From a virus (Duplodnaviria > Caudoviricetes): DNA of 64,000 nt. Under the pieces are notes generated by a model. That model did not search any database. It was not told the DNA's origin and saw only the letters and a program-made list of their open reading frames with translations. Of the stretch, positions 61,249 to 64,000 are shown piece by piece. The position numbers were made by a program, and so were the translations under genes. The stretch covers positions 4,848-68,847 of IMG/VR virus record IMGVR_UViG_3300048606_000052; one strand, given 5' to 3'. Within the stretch, counting starts at the first letter, position 1; each line of letters starts with the position of its first letter.

Positions 61249-61629
61249 TCAGACCTGGAGGATGATCTTCGGGAACGTGCCGGCCGCTCCCGTTTCGAGT
61301 GCGAGCCCGCAGCGCGTGCCGGACGCGAGGTCTTGGATGACGCCGGTCGCCATGACCTCGACGGCCTTGCCGAACGTCACGCCGGTGCCGCCGGCCAGCA
61401 CCGGACAGGCGAATCCGTTCTTGTAGACGGCGACGGTGTCGTTTTGCGCCGTGTCGTCGGCGATAGCGCCGAGCGGCTGGTCCGTTGCGCCGCAGTGCTT
61501 GATCGGCGTCGGTTCGCCGTCTGGCTTGGTGGCGGCCTGGGTCGCGATCCGGCAGCCGGTGACGGCCGCGCCGGTCGCGCGGCCAGTGATGGCGTGCGCC
61601 GGGTCATAGATCGGGGTGCAGAGGGGCAT
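61249..61629 (-). CDS. Capsid decoration/cement protein (DUF2190-like)
   Basis: PLGAIADD...VAV...PVLAGG..GKAVEV..G..GLALE. Confidence 0.75.
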   Translation of the reverse strand: MPLCTPIYDPAHAITGRATGAAVTGCRIATQAATKPDGEPTPIKHCGATDQPLGAIADDTAQNDTVAVYKNGFACPVLAGGTGVTFGKAVEVMATGVIQDLASGTRCGLALETGAAGTFPKIILQV

Positions 61630-61642
61630 GGTCGAAGGCCTC

Positions 61643-63346
61643 CTATGCGCCCGAGCGCGCGGCCAACTCGCGCTGCTGGGCGTGGGTCAGCAGGGACACG
61701 TTGGGCGGCAACGGATCGCTAGCCGCGCCGAACTGCGCGGCCTCCTGGTCGGGTGCCTGCGACCGCGGGTCAAGCGGCAGCCGTCCGGCCGGCAGCGCGG
61801 CGAGCGCGGCCTGCGCCGCCTGCGCCCTGGCGAGCGACGCGGCGTCGGGGTTATCGCCCGGGTCGATCTCTGCCCGCCACGCTTCGCGGACTGACGGCGC
61901 GATCCGTCCGTCGTGCACGGCCGCCAGCGCCGCGGCGTCGAGGTCGCGGCTCTCGTTCGCTCGGCGCTCCTGGCGACTGAGTGCGACCTCGCGCTGCATC
62001 TCTTCCCACTGCGCGCGATCGACGGTCTGAGTCAGCGCCGACGGCGGCGCGGCTGCCGCAGACGCGGGAGCCGGCACGGCCGGCGGTGCCGCAGGCGGTG
62101 CGTCACCGGGCAGCGGCTCGGCCGGCGGCGCGCCAGGCGGCGTTGGCGGCGCGGGTGCGGGCGGCTGGTTCGGCGGCGGCTGCGTGCCCGGCACCGGCGC
62201 GGGCTCCGTACCCGGCGGGGTGCCCGGCGGCTGCTCGGGCGCTTCGGCGAGGACCTGCGCTGCCGCTATCTGCTCTTCCGTCGCCGTCGCGGGGTCGATC
62301 CCCCTGCTGGCGAGGACGTCTCGGACGGCGTCGTCCATTGTGACCCCTTCGGGTTCGGGCCGCTCGGTGGCGGCGGTTGATCCTGCTGCTGCTGCTGTCG
62401 GCGCACGGCCGAGTTCGCGTGGCCGCGAGAAGGTCGCCACGATCGCCGCGGCCGCCGGCTCCGGCGTCGCCGGCGGGTACTGCGGCGGGTTGCGCGGCAC
62501 CGGCTCACCGAACGTCACGACGTTGTTGCCGTCCGTTGAGAACGGCACGAACCAGAGGTGCCCGTCGTCGTCGTCGGCGAGGATCACGGCGGGCCAGTTG
62601 CCGCCGGCTTCCTCGGGCGTCGGGTCAAGACGGATGTCTCGCGCCCACCACCACGTGGTGTTCTGCGCGGAGTCGTTCTCGCGCACCCAGCCGAATTGGA
62701 ACTGCTCCCAGACGGTGTCGGTGGACACGCTGAGCGCTGCCGGCGCTGCGTGGGCGGCTGCTGCTGGCGCTGGCACGGCGGGCTCCTTTGCGGCGGCGAC
62801 GGCTTCGGGGCCGCTCGTGATGAGCGTCTCGAGGTCCTCGAGGTCGGCTATAGCTGGGATGTAGACGCCGAGCAGAGCAACGGCGGTCACCACCATTGAA
62901 TAGCGCTTGCCGCCGGGCGTTTGTACATCGAAGTCCACCGCCGCGACCTGCCACGTGGCCTCGCTCGAGCGGTTCGGATAGGTCGCCGGCGCCGACGCGG
63001 CCAGCCAGGTCAGGATGTTGTTCGCATCGCCGACGAGGGTCGCCCCGTCGTTCGTCGAGGCGAGGTTGTGGAACTGCCCGAAGGCGGGCTGGGCGTCGCC
63101 GATCGCCGCGAACGGGTCGAAGTCCGGATGGTCGCCGTTGACCGCCGACGTGTGCCCGAGCTTGATCCGCGGGACCTGAATGTGCGGGTCATCGTTGGCG
63201 GCGACGATCGCGTCGGCGATGTGCTCGAGCGTGATCGTGACGGGGCCGCCGATCACCGCCGGCCACTTCATGCCAGCGCTCAGCAGCTCGACGCCGCGCA
63301 GGTAGTCCGGGACGGCGTCGCCCGACAAGAACACCGGGTCAGGCAC
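61643..63346 (-). CDS. Mu I-type prohead protease fused to scaffold
   Basis: GVELLSAG, PRIKLGH, YPNRSSE, AVALLGVYIPAI; Pro-rich linker; AVHDGRI. Confidence 0.85.
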   Translation of the reverse strand: MPDPVFLSGDAVPDYLRGVELLSAGMKWPAVIGGPVTITLEHIADAIVAANDDPHIQVPRIKLGHTSAVNGDHPDFDPFAAIGDAQPAFGQFHNLASTNDGATLVGDANNILTWLAASAPATYPNRSSEATWQVAAVDFDVQTPGGKRYSMVVTAVALLGVYIPAIADLEDLETLITSGPEAVAAAKEPAVPAPAAAAHAAPAALSVSTDTVWEQFQFGWVRENDSAQNTTWWWARDIRLDPTPEEAGGNWPAVILADDDDGHLWFVPFSTDGNNVVTFGEPVPRNPPQYPPATPEPAAAAIVATFSRPRELGRAPTAAAAGSTAATERPEPEGVTMDDAVRDVLASRGIDPATATEEQIAAAQVLAEAPEQPPGTPPGTEPAPVPGTQPPPNQPPAPAPPTPPGAPPAEPLPGDAPPAAPPAVPAPASAAAAPPSALTQTVDRAQWEEMQREVALSRQERRANESRDLDAAALAAVHDGRIAPSVREAWRAEIDPGDNPDAASLARAQAAQAALAALPAGRLPLDPRSQAPDQEAAQFGAASDPLPPNVSLLTHAQQRELAARSGA

Positions 63347-63548
63347 CGGTGCCCCCCTCGTGCCTAGATGTCCCGGACGGCATCACCGAGCGTTGCGTAG
63401 GCGCGGCCTGCGCGTCGGCGGCGATGTACTCGAGCGCGGCGCGCAGCGGGGCCGGGACCTCTGAACGGCCAGGCGCGATGGGTACGGGCCCGGTTGGCTT
63501 CGTATGCGACACGGTCGGCGAGCGGCCGCCGGCTCGGTCGGTCATCAC
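63339..63548 (-). CDS. Small hypothetical protein
   Basis: GTGA overlap with gpF-like stop. Confidence 0.4.
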   Translation of the reverse strand: MMTDRAGGRSPTVSHTKPTGPVPIAPGRSEVPAPLRAALEYIAADAQAAPTQRSVMPSGTSRHEGGTGA

Positions 63549-64000
63549 GCGTTCCCCTCGAAGGTCGCGACGAGCGTCCCGCGGCAGCGTTCCATGCCCT
63601 CGCAGCCGACGTACCCGCCGCCGGGATAGTCGCCGAGCGCCTCGGCCATCGAGGCGTATTCGGTGCCGTCGACCTCCTGGCACGGGCCGCACGTCGCGTC
63701 GTCGAGCAGCTCCGAGGCGTAGATCGCCGACGTCGGCGCGGCGGACAGCGCGGCGGCCCGCCCGGAGTTCGTCGCGCGTGACGTCGCGCCCGTCGAGGCC
63801 TGCGCCGCGCGCGCCGGCGTCAGCGACGCTAGGTGCGCCTCGACGGTGCCGGCGTCCTCAGCGGCGAAGCGTGACTGTCGCAGCCGGCCGAGCAGCCCGC
63901 CGGGTCGCGTCGCCACGCGCGTCCTGGCCGCCGCGGCGGCGCTTTCTGTGACCTGCGCGGCCATGCCCCGCAGCAGCTCGCGCGCCTCGGCCTCGGCGCG
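63545..64000 (-). CDS. Mu gpF-like minor capsid protein, C-terminal part (starts beyond right edge)
   Basis: YASELLDDATCGPCQEVDG...CEGMERCRGTLV. Confidence 0.8.
   Translation of the reverse strand, partial: RAEAEARELLRGMAAQVTESAAAAARTRVATRPGGLLGRLRQSRFAAEDAGTVEAHLASLTPARAAQASTGATSRATNSGRAAALSAAPTSAIYASELLDDATCGPCQEVDGTEYASMAEALGDYPGGGYVGCEGMERCRGTLVATFEGNA

Noticed and set aside
1-64000. tRNA, rRNA, integrase, reverse transcriptase/DGR, toxin-antitoxin pairs
   Set aside because: No recognisable signatures by eye; tRNAscan and HMM searches would be needed to exclude divergent cases

Overview
The whole 64 kb reads as one very GC-rich (about 70-75% by eye) tailed-phage or prophage genome segment. 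I see no host housekeeping genes, integrase, tRNA or CRISPR array. Almost all genes are on the minus strand and are tightly coupled by ATGA/GTGA overlaps. Reading right to left: a Mu-like head module (gpF-like partial, I-type protease/scaffold, DUF2190 decoration, major capsid); head appendage genes including a CE4 polysaccharide deacetylase; neck genes; a complete contractile tail (sheath, tube, frameshifted chaperone, tape measure, LysM protein, hub with transglycosylase and NlpC/P60 domains, an unusual spike-collagen-collar fusion, gp25, baseplate J and I, fibre); and a CHAP endolysin. Then come RecT/PD-(D/E)XK recombination genes, two HNH genes, an initiator and helicase-loader pair, RuvC-like and RusA-like resolvases, Ku, two DNA methyltransferases, DUF5131 and many small early genes (DnaQ-like exonuclease, ASCH, a secreted Rpf-like muralytic enzyme, actinobacterial IHF, RNase H-like). 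From memory the mIHF resembles Thermoleophilia (Conexibacter/Solirubrobacter-type) proteins, which suggests that host group; this is an inference. The most striking element is the only plus-strand island (13.1-19.1 kb). It ends in a cluster of membrane or secreted proteins, a membrane-anchored NucA/NucB-type DNase and an actinomycete TraB-type FtsK/SpoIIIE DNA translocase, i.e. a conjugation-like or DNA-handling envelope module inside a myophage. A recurring promoter/operator motif (GCTACA-N3-TGTAGC plus GCAACCCC) precedes at least eight early transcription units. All family calls are motif recognition from the translations; no database searches were run.
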